A DNA stretch of 64,000 nucleotides, from assembly GCA_943704425.1 (NCBI GenBank), contig CALSCP010002759.1:1-64000 (forward strand). Reading direction: 5' to 3'. The position numbers and the translations under genes are program-made. The stretch is from Ministeria vibrans ATCC 50519. Lineage: Eukaryota > Protista > Filasterea. The notes beneath the pieces were generated by a model. It did not search any database and had not been told where the DNA came from. It saw only the letters and a program-made list of their open reading frames with translations. Positions 15,501 through 28,479 of this stretch are shown here, one piece after another. Each line of letters opens with the position of its first letter. The first letter of the stretch is position 1.

Positions 15501-17791
15501 GTCTGCAGCGCTTTGCGTCGCACACAATGGGCCCCAAACTGATGTCGTTCCCGTGCAATGCGATTGTCGTCGTCTCATTCCTTGCGTTCTTTATTGCCAT
15601 GACTGTCATTGCCTTTACGCGCACTGAAGATGGACTGCGCATCAGTGACATTGCTCTTTCAAACTCGTACCAGCGCGAGTACATTGACTTGCAAGAGACC
15701 TATTTCAAAGGATACGCCGTAAGCCATTTTGCACCAGTCACCCACACACAATACGACACACCACAATACTTCACACACAACCCCGTGCACCTACAAGCAC
15801 ACGAAAATCTCTTGAGTCTCTTTACATACCACAAGAAAAACACACACACACCACAAAGACACACGCACACTCACGGAAAGCGTGTACCTTAGGCGTATCT
15901 TGTAACACGTACTGTCGACTACTCTAATACGGCTGTCCAGACAGCGCAGCTGAGTCAGCAATTGGCGCTCCAGAACCTCGCATCTGTCTCTAACACGCTT
16001 AAGATTCGCGACATTGCCTGGCTCGCGTCCGGTTCATCGTCGCTTCTCTACACCTTCTGGAACTCACAAGGTCTACCGAGCAATGCCGCGGTGCCCATTC
16101 CCAGTGCCTTCTAGTACGACCCGAATGTGACACACTAAAATACACACCATCGAAGGGACTAAGCATCTGACACTTTGTACCTGTGTGTAGCTATCCCACT
16201 TTCAAGTCGTGGATCACTACGACAGGCGTGATCAATCTGGACAATTTGGTGTGCCAGCGCAACGGTTCAGCCAACAGCGACATTGAATCTTGTCTCAATA
16301 TCGCCTCATTTGACACCATTCTCAACGCGGGCCAACAAGTACACACACACAGAGAGAGAGACAGAGAGACAGACAGAGACAGAGACAGAGACAGAGACAG
16401 AGACAGAGACAGAGACATGTGGTCTTAATGCGTTTGTGTTGTTAGGTGTTTATTCAAGAGGGACTGAACACGCACGAGTCGTTCATTAATGCCATCAAGG
16501 ACACTCGTGCGGCCGTTGATGAGCTCAACGTCAATGGCAACGACGCCTTTGTCTATGGCTACGTCTACCAGTTCTGGGAACAGGTACATGAGATAGACAA
16601 AGAATGAAAAGTACACTGAAAGTGTTATAACTGACACTTTGTTTGATGTTTCTCCCATCACTTTGTTATATTCTCTTTCTCTTTCTCTATTACTTTGTTA
16701 ATTGTTTCTTCTTCTTCCTATTACTTTGCTTTTTTCGCCTCCTCCTCTTCACTTGCAGTATCTGAACATTCGTAAGAATCTGTACTCGACTGTCGGTTGG
16801 GCTCTTCTAGGTGTCTTTATGGCCACTCTTCTTTTCCAATTCTCGCCTGGAAGTTCTCTCTTTGTCGGTACGCATAAGAAAAAAGACTAGACACACGATG
16901 GAACTTTTCTCTGATGTTATGACTTTTACCAGTGGTCTTCATTCTGATGGTTCTTCTTGAGCTGTACGGACTTATGGCACTGGTTGGAGTGAAGCTCAAT
17001 GCCATCTCAGTGGTCAACTACTGCATTACAATTGGATTGGCAGTGGAGTTCACAGGTACGAACGGAATAGAGAGAGAGAGACAGACGGACGGACAACTCA
17101 CTTAACTTTAATGTGTCTCTCTGCCTGTATGTGAGTAGCGCATATTACTCATGCGTTTATGATTGCTCATGGAACACGCAAAGAACGAGCAATTGACGCC
17201 CTCAGTAAGATGCTCGGCCCAATGACCAACGGCGCATTCTCGACCATTCTAGCTCTGCTTCCCTTGCTTGGTACGTTGTTCTTGACATAATTACGTGTTG
17301 GCCCTTCCCCCCTCTCTATGACGTTGTTTTTTTTTTTCCTTCTCTCGCCCACTCTCCGTCTTACTCTGACTCTTTCTCTGTCTCGATCTGTATTGTTTTT
17401 TTTTTCTTGTCTTTCTCCATTTATCTCGGTCTTATTTGCTCCTTTTGTGTTGCTTTCGTTAGGCAATGAGTTTCCTTTCTTCCGACTGTACTACTGCACA
17501 TTCCTTATTTGTGCGATCATTCTGAGTTACCTCAATGGGATTCTTCTGCTTCCCATTGCGCTCTCAGTCTTTGGTGTATCTGCCCTCAACAATGAAGACA
17601 TTGGAGCGTAAGAGACAAAGAGCACAACCCTAAATGTTGCACTAATGTATTTACTTGGTGAACATAGCGAGGATTATTCTCCGGAAGCACTGGACAATGA
17701 GAAGGACGCAATGGAAATGGAGCCGCGCAATGGAACGGGGGAGGAGGACATTGCGATCGCGATGAATGCCGCTGCTCAGTCTGAGGTTTGA
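12513..17791 (+). CDS. Patched-like sterol-sensing RND-family membrane protein, many exons
   Basis: ETEIGQLWIETGSR, LVPFLSLGLGLDDLFVL (GxxxDD), GESVFLTSLTNFCAF..PVPAV, QFWEQYL, GVKLNAISVVN..IGLAVEFTAHITHAF (GxxxE), LNGILLLP. Confidence 0.85.
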
Positions 17792-18010
17792 ATAACGACA
17801 CGTACACAGAGAGAGACAGACAGAGAGAAAGAGCGAGTGAGAGAGTACACACATGAGGATCAGCGAGTGACAGAATGAGAGCGTAAGAGTGATGGGTTGT
17901 TTGTGTCAGTACACTCAGGTAGATTAACACGATTGAAAGGGAATACGACTTGCAGTTGATCGTATATAGACTCACACACACACGCACAAAGATACAAAAA
18001 TCTATATTGT

Positions 18011-19054
18011 TCATTTCTTAATGGCTCTAACGCATAGCGTCTCGAGTCCCACTGTGCGTCCCTGCGCAAGGCGTTCGTCCACAATGCGCTCCATCTCCGC
18101 AATCACTTCCTCTTTCTACAAAGAAATTCATTTAGTGAATGTACATGTGGACACAAAGAGAGAAAGAAACAAAAGAGAGAACGAGAGAGAGAGGGAGAGC
18201 GAGAAGTGTGTGGGTGTACCTTTCCTTGCGAGGCTTCGTTGAATGCGGCGTCGAGGCTATCAGCCATCTGCTTGGTGAATTCACGACCTGATGTGGACGG
18301 TTCGACAACGGGCACAATCCATGTGACAACCGAGTCGAAGCCTTCGTCGCGCAGTTTCGCGCGCAGTGCGGAAGGATCCTACGCAGATAAGGAAAGGAGT
18401 TTTGGTTTCGATCTTCTTTTTGCAATGACTTACACTTCCAAGCTGAAACATAGGGGAAACGGGCGTATCGTCGTTGAGGATGTTGCGACGTGCCAGTGGG
18501 AGGGTCGTGAGCATCAGAGACTCCTCAGGGTTTCCCCAGGTCGAAAAGACCAGCTGCCCGCCCACCTTGAGCACCCGCCTGGCCTCCGCGATGGCCTTCC
18601 ACGACGACGGCACGACCTGCACGCCCAGATTACAGATCACGCGATCCATCGAGCCAGTCGCAACGTCCGCCAGGTCCATGGCATCCTGAACCTGCGCAGG
18701 CGAGAGAGGGGCGCGAGTGGGGTTGTAAAGTGTGGCAGTCTACTCATTGCGTTGTCAAACCTGCACGTCAATGGGAAGCGCCGCCAGCCGCACGCGCGCG
18801 CGCTCAACCATGGCAAGCGTGTAGTCCGTCGCAAGGTAGTAGGCGCCCTTGGGCACGCACCCCGTCGCAAACAGCTCTTGCGCGAGGCGTCCGCTCCCAC
18901 ACGCAAGCTCGAGGATTCTCGCACTCTCAGGCAGCAGCTGGAAGCCCGCCGACGTCGCCAGTGATCGCCCAGCTGCCAGCGTTAGGTGCTCAGCATAGCT
19001 ACTGTACGACGGTGAAAACTTTTGCCACTTCTCGCGGATTTGTGCCTTGTCCAT
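18011..19054 (-). CDS. Class I SAM-dependent methyltransferase
   Basis: RILELACGSG motif I, ATDYTLAMVERAR, SMDRVICNLG, EARRVLKVGGQLVFSTWG. Confidence 0.85.
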
Positions 19055-19407
19055 AATAACAAAGGGAAAAAGGATGAATAATTTTAATCTTTTTAAATTA
19101 ATAGTTCTGGAAATGTCTTCTTTTTCTTCTAATAGTTTTTTTTTGCAAAGTCGGTCTGGAATCTGGATGTGTCTTCGCGAGGTGACTGTATCCGTAATAA
19201 ATATGAAATAGGTTAAATACTTCTTCTTTTTTCTTCTATTGGTTTTGACAATATAAATAATGGGTGTATTCTTGTTCTGATAGTTTATGACAATGGATAC
19301 AGCTATGTATTCGCTATTTTTCTTTCTTATTGTTATAGTTTGTACAGATTACAGTATGTACAATAAGTTGGCGCTGTTGGCACGTTACCTGGCTTGAGTG
19401 CTCGATT

Positions 19408-21205
19408 CTACTTGTTTTTGCGTTGTACATCGTCCTCCGAGTCGTTTACCAGATCAAACTCCGACTCCTCTTCAATGGTGTCCTCACTGTCATTGAGTCG
19501 ATCATCACTGACGTTAAGACGACGCGCCAAGATCACATCACTGACGGGTTGGTGAATGCGCAGACAGACAAAGAGCAGAGGAATGTGAAAAAGGGACCAG
19601 AGTGCAAAGAGTGTGGGGACGCCGAGAAGAGGCACAAGCAACGAGAGAGCCATGTTGACAGAGGCGCGCAGGAGCGTTGAGGCGGCCTTGTAGCTGGCGT
19701 ACGTCGCGGTGAGGGTGCCTCCCGTGGCGCGAAACGAGCGAGGCCCAAGCACAAGGCCGCTTGGCGAGCGGGCGTAAGTGGGTCCGCCCAGGGAGGCGAC
19801 GCGCGAGCGGTGGCTGTCGGCCACCCGCTCCTGCGCCGCCAGGCCCAGCCACATGTTCATGGGAACCCCACTGGTCTTGCTGAGGGTATGGTGCAGCGAA
19901 ACAAGCACTAAGGCTGCGTTTGGTGCCGACACGTGACACAGGAGTGCGTTGATGAGGGCCTTACTCACAAGAATAGCGGCAAGAGTGTAGCGCATGCTGA
20001 AACGACGAATGGCCAGCGGAAGCAACGACAGCACTGCAATGGCGGTCACGGCAGAGGCAGAGTAGGCGAGTCCAAACGAACTGTCGCTCACAAGCAGATG
20101 ACGTGTGAGGCGCAGTGCCGCAAAGCTGTCGATGCACGCGTCCAGTGCCGCAACACACGCGCCAAAACAGATGAAGCGAAGCAGACGGGGACGGCCACGT
20201 ATCAGCGTGTAGTACAGGCGCATTTCGGTGAGCCAGCTACGACGCGAGTCACGGTGATGCGAGCGACGCCGTTTTCGTGAGCCATTGAGTCGATGAGCCG
20301 TCTTGGATTCGCTTGGCAGCGGATAGTTACTCACGAGAAACGACGAGACAACGAGAAGAAACCCCCCCACAATAAAGGCAATGCCGTAGCCAGGGTACGC
20401 TGCCGATATGGGCAAGAAGTAGGTGCTAGCAACCGGCACTATTATGCCGGCGACCTACCGAGAGAGAAGAAAGAAGAAAGAGACAGAGACAGAGACACAT
20501 AAAGTGAGAGGAGAGAGACACATGAAGTGAGAGGAGAGAGACACAGAAAGTGAGAGAAGAGAGACACAGAAAGTGAGAGGAGAGAGACACATAAAGTGAG
20601 AGGAGAGAGACACATAAAGTGCGAGGAGAGAGACACATAAAGTGATAGGAGAGAGACACACAAAGTGAGAGGAGAGAGAGAGAAACAAAGTGATAGAGAG
20701 AGAGAAGCAATAGAAAGACAGAGACGGATGAGTGTGGTCGAGACTTGTGACGGTGTGTGTGTGTGTGTGCTCGTACCTCCCCGACAGCGCGATAGATAGA
20801 GTTGGCACGAGCCAGGCGGCTCATGTCAACCATCTGTGTAAGTGAGTTGAGATTGACAAGGACTTGGGCAAGGGCAGCGCACGCGACGGCGAGGAGCACG
20901 GCAAAGGCGGCGAGGGTAATGCGCGGATGGCCCAGCAAGAAGATGGCGACGCCAGCGGCCAGAGACGCCGCCAGGGTCGCTGTCAGAGGGCCGTGGCGCG
21001 TGCTTAGCGGCGTCAGGACGACCGTGCCGAGGCCGGACGCGAGGAGACGCAGAGCGACGAGTCTGGCGTAGTGCGACGCGTCAAGACCATACACAGCAGA
21101 GACATGCAACGGCAAGACCACATTCATGATCTGGAAGCACACCTGCGATGCCAGCGCACCCGACGCCACGCTCACCAGTCGCCGCGACGTTGCCTGCAGC
21201 GTCAT
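19408..21205 (-). CDS. MFS-like multi-pass transporter, 2 exons
   Basis: About 12 hydrophobic segments in two halves; VVLPLHV..GL, ARANSIYR; intron about 20456-20776 filled with AG minisatellite. Confidence 0.65.
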
Positions 21206-21429
21206 CAGAGGTAACAAAAATGAATAATTTAATGGATCAAGTGAGAGACTTTTATGATCGTATTCTTTTAAATCCAAGAGTAAGAAAATTGAATATTAAC
21301 AAAACATTGTACTCGCACGATCATCGGCCATCGCGGGGAAGAATAAAGGAGGTGGAGAAAGACACGTCGGGAGTGGTCGACTTGGAGTTATTGAATGGTC
21401 ACTGATCACTGATACTCATCAAATGAAAT

Positions 21430-21554
21430 CGGAGCACTTTACAGCGTCCTGCTTATCTCCCCTTGTGTATCCCCCTCTCGCTGCACTGCGCCCAAAACTC
21501 CTACTTTAGCCCAAATCGTTCGGCGAGGTCGGGCGAGGTGGTCTTCTAGTGCCG
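21430..21554 (+). repeat. Direct repeat, copy 1 (about 115-125 bp)
   Basis: CGGAGCACTTTACAGCGTCCTGCTTATCTCC...CTAGTGCCG, near-identical to 28480-28594 apart from a 10-nt internal duplication and a few substitutions. Confidence 0.9.
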
Positions 21555-21889
21555 GGACTTCCGAGGAAGCTACGAGGAAGGAACGAGGAAGCTACGAGAG
21601 GGAAAACGACAAAAGCTTAGGGTAAACGAGAAAGAATTATTCTTAAGTCGGGTCACAGACAGACAGACAGACGTTGAGACAGACAGACAGATAGACAAAC
21701 GGAGCATAGACCACAAACGGCCCCGAAAAAAAATAACTAAAGTTTTTGGCAATTTTTGGTTGTTTACTATTTTGCCAAGTGCGAAACTGTCGAATTAATT
21801 CGATTCATTTCACTCTTTTTTTAAATAATTGAAGTAAGTTCAATAGTACCGGTGTAGTTAGTAGTATACTGTACAGCCTACAGTGTTCG

Positions 21890-22470
21890 TTTGAGTCTTG
21901 GGTGTTGAAGGCCCTGTATTTTGCGTGGAACCTTTAGTCCTTTATGTGCGAAGAAAGTGCTCGTTAAATGCTCGTTTGTTTTCGTTTTCAAACCTCTCTG
22001 TTGCGTGCTTTCTGCACCGGTGCAAAGGATCGCGTGATGTGTTTAGGCTATAGTGAGCTGGTCGTGTAGACGGTGGAGTCTTGAAGGCCCTGTGTTTTGT
22101 GTGGGGCCCTTTCGTCCTTTTGGTTTTCTTTTTTTTGTACTTTTTTTTGAGGTGTTGATTTCAAAGCTCTTTGTTGCGAGTTTACTGCACCTCCGCGACA
22201 GCGTCATATGACGTATTTAGGCTATAGTGAGCTGTTAGTGTAAACGGTGGAGTGTTGGGGGTACTGTGTTTTTGCGTACGTTTATCGATGTCTCATTGGT
22301 CCCTCATTGGTACTTCATGCATGTATTGTTTCTTTTGAGGTGTTGATTTCAAAGCTCTTTGTTGCGTGTTTACTGCACCTCCGCGACAGAGTCATATGAC
22401 GTATTTAGGCTATAGCGAGCTGGTAGTGTGGACAGTGGAGTGTTGAGGGTCCTGTGTTTTTCGTGGGATC
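21890..22470 (+). repeat. Tandem array of about 3 diverged 175-190 bp units
   Basis: Recurrent TTTCAAA.CTCT.TGTTGCG..TT..CTGCACC...TTTAGGCTATAG.GAGCTG...GTGGAGT blocks near 21985, 22158 and 22347. Confidence 0.85.
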
Positions 22471-22517
22471 TTTATATTATCATTTCTTCCGTCGTTATTA
22501 ATATTATTTTATTTATC

Positions 22518-22609
22518 ATATGGGTTGTATTCTTCTTCTTCTAATTTATGGGTTGTATTCTTCTTCTTCTAATTTATAATAACTCGAAGAAGAAGAATAC
22601 AACCCATAT
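22518..22609. repeat. Inverted-repeat cluster of motif TATGGGTTGTATTCTTCTTCTTC
   Basis: Two direct copies (22519-22541, 22547-22569) and one inverted copy (22586-22608); further copies at about 34624 and 36838. Confidence 0.8.
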
Positions 22610-23036
22610 TAATGATACAGTCACCACGCGAAGACACAGCCAGACCGCCTTGCATAAATTATTGGGCTTTTTGTTCACTTTTTGATAATAATTATTTACA
22701 CAGCCAGTGGAGGGTGTGCGCTAAGCGCCTCAAACATATGACTTTTCTCTAAGGACTATGAGTCAGTGGAGACAGATGCCTAGTTCATGTGGGGGCGAGC
22801 TTTTGTGATCTCTGTGCGNNNCCAGTGGAGGGTGTGCGCTAAGCGCCTCAAACATATGACTTTTCTCTAAGGACTATGAGTCAGTGGAGACAGATGCCTA
22901 GTTCATGTGGGGGCGAGCTTTTGTGATCTCTGTGCGTATTATTTTTGTGGCGAGTGAAGAAAGTTGAGTTCGCACCAAAAACCAAAGTCAGAAATCTAAC
23001 TTTTCGGGGTCAAAGTCACATTTTTTAGATATCACC

Positions 23037-25499
23037 ATGAGCGGTACGGGGTTAGTGAATGGTGTATATGAGTGAAAGGATTGGATTTATTGTGTCCGTT
23101 TTGGCGCGAGTTTCGAGTTTTTTTTTTGCTTCAAAACGACACTGGGGTCCTTTCGCAAATTCCATCTGTGCTTCTCGTCCGCTTCTTGTCCCATTGGTTT
23201 TCTGAACTGGGATCTCCCTATTGGTATTGTTTCTGGCTGAACTTCCTTTCTCAACGGGAGTTTTTTGTGTGTAGACAAGAAACCTGATGCAAAAGTCAAC
23301 AGTCACAAAACCCGGCACGCTCGGGTGAACTATCGACTCCTCGCTGGTCAGAACTCGGAGCAAGACACACATCAAGCAGTGTCGAGCCCTTCGCCAGCCG
23401 AGACGCGCTCTCGTAAGCGCGCCAGCAGCGAAATGATCGAGACATCACCTAGGACTACAAAACTCGCTCGTCTGGAGCGACGTGGCCATATTGGCGCGCC
23501 CTCGCCTCCCACCGAGACTCCGGAGCCTCAGACGTGCAACGTTGAAGAGATTGTGGACGAGGACCTGCACGAAGGCGAAGGCGACGAGCAAGAGAGTGAG
23601 GATCCAGCTTTTTCGCCCCGACATGACGACAACGACGACGACGACGACAGTCACTCGCACGCCGACGACGATGAGTACTGGTTACGGGGAAAACGCAAGA
23701 GGGAAGGGACTTCAACCCGCAGGGCGCGTACGTGCGGGAGGCAATGCGAGTCATTGGTGTCAAAAGAGGCCAGCTTGCAGCGCGCATCTATGTTGGTGTG
23801 TTCGATGTCGCTCTGGTACGTATGTGGAGAGTATTTTGACTAAATAGATGTTGAAGTCATCATGTGCTGATTTTGTAACTTTTTCATACAGTATGTGGTG
23901 ACTCGACTGTGGGCCGACACCGCTTTTTTTGCTACCGTCGCGTTGAACCCAAGCAGCGCGACGGCGGAATGTGCTGCCGCCGCTGCTGCGGCACGTCCAT
24001 TGTCACCTACTCCGACCGTCGAGCGTGCTGCCGCCGCTGCTGCGGCACGTACATCGTCACCTACTCCGACCGTCGAGTATGCTGCTGCCGCTGCAGCACG
24101 TCCATCGCTGGCTACACCTGCCGTTTCAGCTGGGCCAAGGCCAACACAATCACAGACGCCTTTGCGACAACGTGCGGGAAAACCTCAAGCGGAGTGCTTC
24201 GCGCGCGTGACGGAAGACCTCAATCAGCAGATGCAGCTCCTTGGGCTCCTCCTGCCAGACCAGCCATTGATCCCACAGAGGCAGGTCGAAAACATGTTTC
24301 ACCACTTCTTCAATCGTCAACATGCCCCAGACAACATCGAGAAGTTTCACAACCTCATCGCCACTTCAGGAAAGAAGGTAATGTGGTGAATAATTATCAT
24401 TGCATGATATATACTCTTTTAATAGTACCAATTACTGCTATGCCATTAACACTGCATACACAGACTTTCATCGAGAAGATTGAGCTCGTGCGCCGAGATG
24501 AGTACGCCGGCTCGAACCTTGAAATGGCACGCAGCATTTTTAAAGGGAAGTATCCCAAGGCAAACGATAAGGAACGGCAACAGATGATCTCGTTCTTTGT
24601 TCACCTCATTGGACTTCGACGCGAGCAGTTTAACAATGCTCTCAGGCAACAACGAGAAAAAAAGACTGAGATGGGAAAGTAGTATTATACTTATTGAAAT
24701 AGATTCAACTTATTCTCTGTGCAAGTGTAGAGCACGAGACCACGAAGCACAAGCAGTGGCACGACAACGAACTCTCGATGAGTACCACCGCAACGAGATG
24801 GCGAAGGCACGCAAGAACTTTCGTGTGGTGGTGAAGGCGAACTTGGACCCACTCACGAACGTGTTGGTATCACACGTTCCTGGTGGTGACCCGCGTCCAC
24901 GTGGGCCAAACGCAGCTGTTGTGTCGAGAGTGGTGGGACTGCTTGGTGATCACGACGGCGATGACCCGGGCCAGAGCTCAACCGCCGACTGTAGGCCGTG
25001 CAGTGCGGGCTCCAGCAAGTCGAGTGGCGCTGGCAATACGAGCGTGAGTCCAGACGACGCCCCCGCCGATGGTGCACCAGGTGGTCCCCGCGGAGCCCAT
25101 GCAGAGCGCGCCCGAAGTCGCTCAGTGTCTGCACTGAGAAAAACAGCACGCGAACTGCAAAGCGTGTTCCACGATGATTTGCTGGCCGTTGCCGAAGGTG
25201 TCTCGTCTCTTCGTAACCGTATGGAGTCTGACGAGCGCAGTTCGTGGGAGTGGAGAGAGAGCATGCTGATGGAGCAGCGTAGGGCCAATATACTCATGGA
25301 GAGATTGGTTGATATCTTGACTCGCGATCCAGCACCTGATGGCCGACCTGCGGTTGTCAACCACACGCCGGATGACGTACCAGCTACGACAGCCCTCAAT
25401 GTTGAGCTCGCGGAGGTTGACAATCTTGATGATGAATCTCACGGAGACGACAAAAAACAAACCCAATGGAGCAAAAGTGTCGAGAAGGGTTTTTTGTAA
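23037..25499 (+). CDS. Transposon accessory protein (ORF1), possible degenerate Myb/SANT-trihelix and C-terminal coiled coil
   Basis: ATGAGCG|gtacgg..tag|ACAAG gives MSDKKPDAK; further exons at about 23892-24377, 24464-24680 and 24731-25499; FARVTEDLNQQ..RQVENMF and MLMEQRRANILMERLVDIL segments; lies inside the TIRs. Confidence 0.65.
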
Positions 25500-25507
25500 T
25501 AGTAGTA

Positions 25508-26994
25508 TTATTCATCACTTTTCCTGTTCACATAAAAAGTCCCTAATCCAAAATACTCCTTGAGGGTAGGTAGAGGCGCTTGAAACCGGCGAGATACCAC
25601 ATTCCCATCTGAAAAACAGAAGCGAATTGAAGGGTAGTGTCAGCAAAAATTAATTCGAGTAAAATGGCGCCCTCAACACACTTACAAAGAATAGTGTGGG
25701 CATTTCCGAGAAGAATGGCAGAGAGGAGTTTGAACGCAATATTCTCTCTACTGAGAGTCTGGAGAAACCCCATCGAATGAAATCCACGCCAGAGCTAACA
25801 ACATTACAAAGAATAGAATTAACATCTCTCTCTCTCTCTCAAAATCCGTACATGCGATTTGAGATCACCAAATTCTTGTTCCACAGCGATCCGTCCGGAA
25901 GAATGCGCGTGGTTGAATTGGATCTCTGACAGCTCTTTCGCGCTACGATATGGAGTAACCATCACATCGCTGAGAGAGAATATCGCATCGGCAAATGAAA
26001 CGAAGCGATACGTCTTGTGTATGTCAGTGCTACGTTCCCCACCACTAGGTGTGGCTGGTGACACTGCCCACAGTCGCTCAAATTGTTGCCGCAATTCGGA
26101 GAGCTTGACCATTGTCGAATCGCATTCTGTTCCACAGTATGGACCGTAGAAATCACAAACAAGGCCATCGAGAGTCACATTCTAAAATGTACGTAACGCT
26201 GATGTAAGAAACGTCGCCTACTTCGTCTCTTTTCTCTGCTATAGTAAAAATAATTATATACGTACGGCCAAATTGTTCACACCGTGTTGTCGGGTCTTGT
26301 GAGTGTACTGCACCTGCTCACTCAGTTGTCCTTTAGATTCCTCCGCCTGGGCGTTTGGCTCGGCCACATCGAAGACCACTCCGTCCACGGCACACACCAA
26401 TCGCTGCACACTTCCACGGGGAGCCGCAAAAGGGATATGGGGCGCGCGCATATACACCGCATCAGCAATGACATCCAAATGCCCACTCTCCGTGGCGTAC
26501 TGTAGCCAATCTCCCTCGAGAAGGTTGCCAAACTGACAAGAGATATGACGGAAAATGGCGTTGCGAGCATAACTCACAGTCGTACGATGAACGTTGAACA
26601 TTTTCCCTTGCCAGTGTTCAGAAGTCGCGTTCGCCAGGAAGTCCAGTGCCATACACATCGCTGCTTCACCGTGAACGACATGTCTGTGAGGTAATTGGAT
26701 CCACTCTGGGATGCCGAGGGTGTCGCAGAGAGGTGCGATGTCTTCAGGCCGAAAACGTAAAATTTCGTTCGCGCAGGAATCCAAATTGAGATACCCATAC
26801 GATTCTCTGCAGCCCAAGTGTCGTGCATAGCACTCGATATCACGCTCGGCATCATACCGAGCGATGGCGGCCCACATTTCGGGCGTCACGACGTCCAAAT
26901 GTCGCCACCAGAGCGAACGAAAAATCTGATCCTCTTGCTCCTGCATTTTGCGCTCCACTTCCTCGTCAACATTCAGACTAATGCAACGGTCCAT
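25508..26994 (-). CDS. DDE transposase, HARBI1/DDE_Tnp_4-like, 4 exons
   Basis: LRFRPEDIAPLCDTLGIP, CAVDG (D1), TLDGLVCDFYGPYCGTECD, FADAIF (D2), FNHAHSSGRIAVEQEFGDLK (E), spliced tail NAHTILYGNVVSRRFQAPLPTLKEYF; no stops seen in exons. Confidence 0.9.
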
Positions 26995-27277
26995 TTCAAA
27001 AGGCGATATGAAAAAAACGTCTCGAGTCACTCTCGACTCTCGACAAAGTAGTGAAAGTACAAAGTTAGAATTCAGTCATTTGCGCACGACACGTTTCTCG
27101 CACTCCAAAAATCACCTTCACAATAAGCGTTTTCTGGCGGGTTTCTTCCATAAGGCTCTGATCATCAACCTCAACCCTATTCAATGGAGGAGTTTCAGAC
27201 TCGTTTTCAAAGTTAGGGTTTTTTCATGCGTAGCGCACACCCTCCAGTGGTTACCCACAAAGACGCAAAAGCCGAAA

Positions 27278-27743
27278 ATGGATATTGGACCCATTCGAAT
27301 TCCCAACCCCGGCCAGATAATCGGTCAGCTTATCGCATTCGAACTCACCGTGAAAAACCGCCATCATAATCCAATTTATGTACGCAACATTCATAATATA
27401 TTTAAAGATTAAAAGAGTGAGGTCAACTCTTAAAGTGAGCTCATTGTTTTGATATAACAGGTGAAAATTCCCGGAGACAACAAGCGTGATGAAACGGTAC
27501 TCAAACTCAGCGGATCTGGAGGCGAAGTGACGGTCCAGCGATTCCCTGGTGACTACAACATTGAGTTCTCCAACTATGAAAGCGAGCGCATCGGAAATAC
27601 AATTGTTCATGTCCGCGACTCGCGTCGGTACAGAGCTAATATTAGTATAAAAGTGTGTTGTTTCTTTTTTCATTCTCTTCGCCCCTCTCTACAGTCACAT
27701 TGAGTTCGTGAGCGGACCTCCTCTCTGCGTTGATCTTCACTAA
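27278..27743 (+). CDS. Small 105-aa hypothetical protein, 3 exons, beta-strand rich
   Basis: Exons 27278-27379, 27461-27627 and 27695-27743 with GT-AG introns join in frame: MDIGPIRIPNPG..FELTVKNRHHNPIYVKIPG..FPGDYNIEFS..HIEFVSGPPLCVDLH*. Confidence 0.6.
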
Positions 27744-28479
27744 GGTATCCTTCAAAACCGATTAATTTTGAATTAATTTTTAGTTTCGTTTTGTTGATCC
27801 CTTGATCTCTGCGTAGAGCCGGACCAATGCCTATCGAGTGCCTACCCATACATTTCCCATACACTTATCGCGGCAATGAATTTTCTTAAAGTTATTTTTT
27901 CAAATTGGCCACTTCCCAGCCACAAGGGGGATATTCTTGAAATATTCTTGCGCTCACAGCAGGAACCTCTTTTTTTTGGCTTAATTTAGTTCCTGCTTGG
28001 CCTTGCAATCCTCGCGAATGGCGCTTGGTGGGCCACTCACATGGCCTGTCCCTCAGGAACCCACCGCCCGTTGAGACACTTGGCCGTTTGTCGGAATCGA
28101 TACGTGTGACAACGCGTCTGTCACCGGCGACAGAGCAGTCGTGTTTGTGTGCTCGAGTGGGAGGAAGGGAGAAACCAGCCGGTGAAAACAGTGCCTTTTC
28201 TTCTTCGTCTTCAGTACTCTTCACTATTCATTTATTTTCTATTCCTGGGGATCTCAGCAGATCGGTCTTCGATAGGTCACCTTGAAGACGGCCCCAATCC
28301 CGAACCAATCCCCGCGCTGTGCGCTGGCATGTGTCTGCCGGACGCGGACGCGGCCACCCGAGCACACACCCTCATGGCCGGTCTCCTTCACCGCATCTCA
28401 TCCTCCGCAGACCGCGCCTACTATGAGTGTCTGTGACTTCACTGTGACTGCTGCCGCCGTTGGGGCACCCGTGAAAGCG

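Larger units (their letters stand above)
22709..27245. mobile_element. PIF/Harbinger-superfamily (Pangu-like) DNA transposon, two convergent genes, about 4.4 kb
   Basis: TIR GGAGGGTGTGCGCTA at 22709-22723 (repeated at 22827 across an NNN gap) and its reverse complement at 27231-27245; AGT on both sides (22706-22708, 27246-27248); encloses a DDE transposase and a second gene. Confidence 0.88.

Noticed and set aside
16111-16116. In-frame TAG in the Patched-like gene (readthrough or recoding)
   Set aside because: TA|gtacga is a splice donor; the codon is completed as TAC by the next exon.
21890-22470. CRISPR-like array
   Set aside because: Long diverged units with no short invariant repeat and unique spacers; eukaryotic context, no cas genes.
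22704-22936. Apparent 115-bp tandem duplication including the left TIR
   Set aside because: Identical copies abut an NNN gap; typical unmerged contig overlap.
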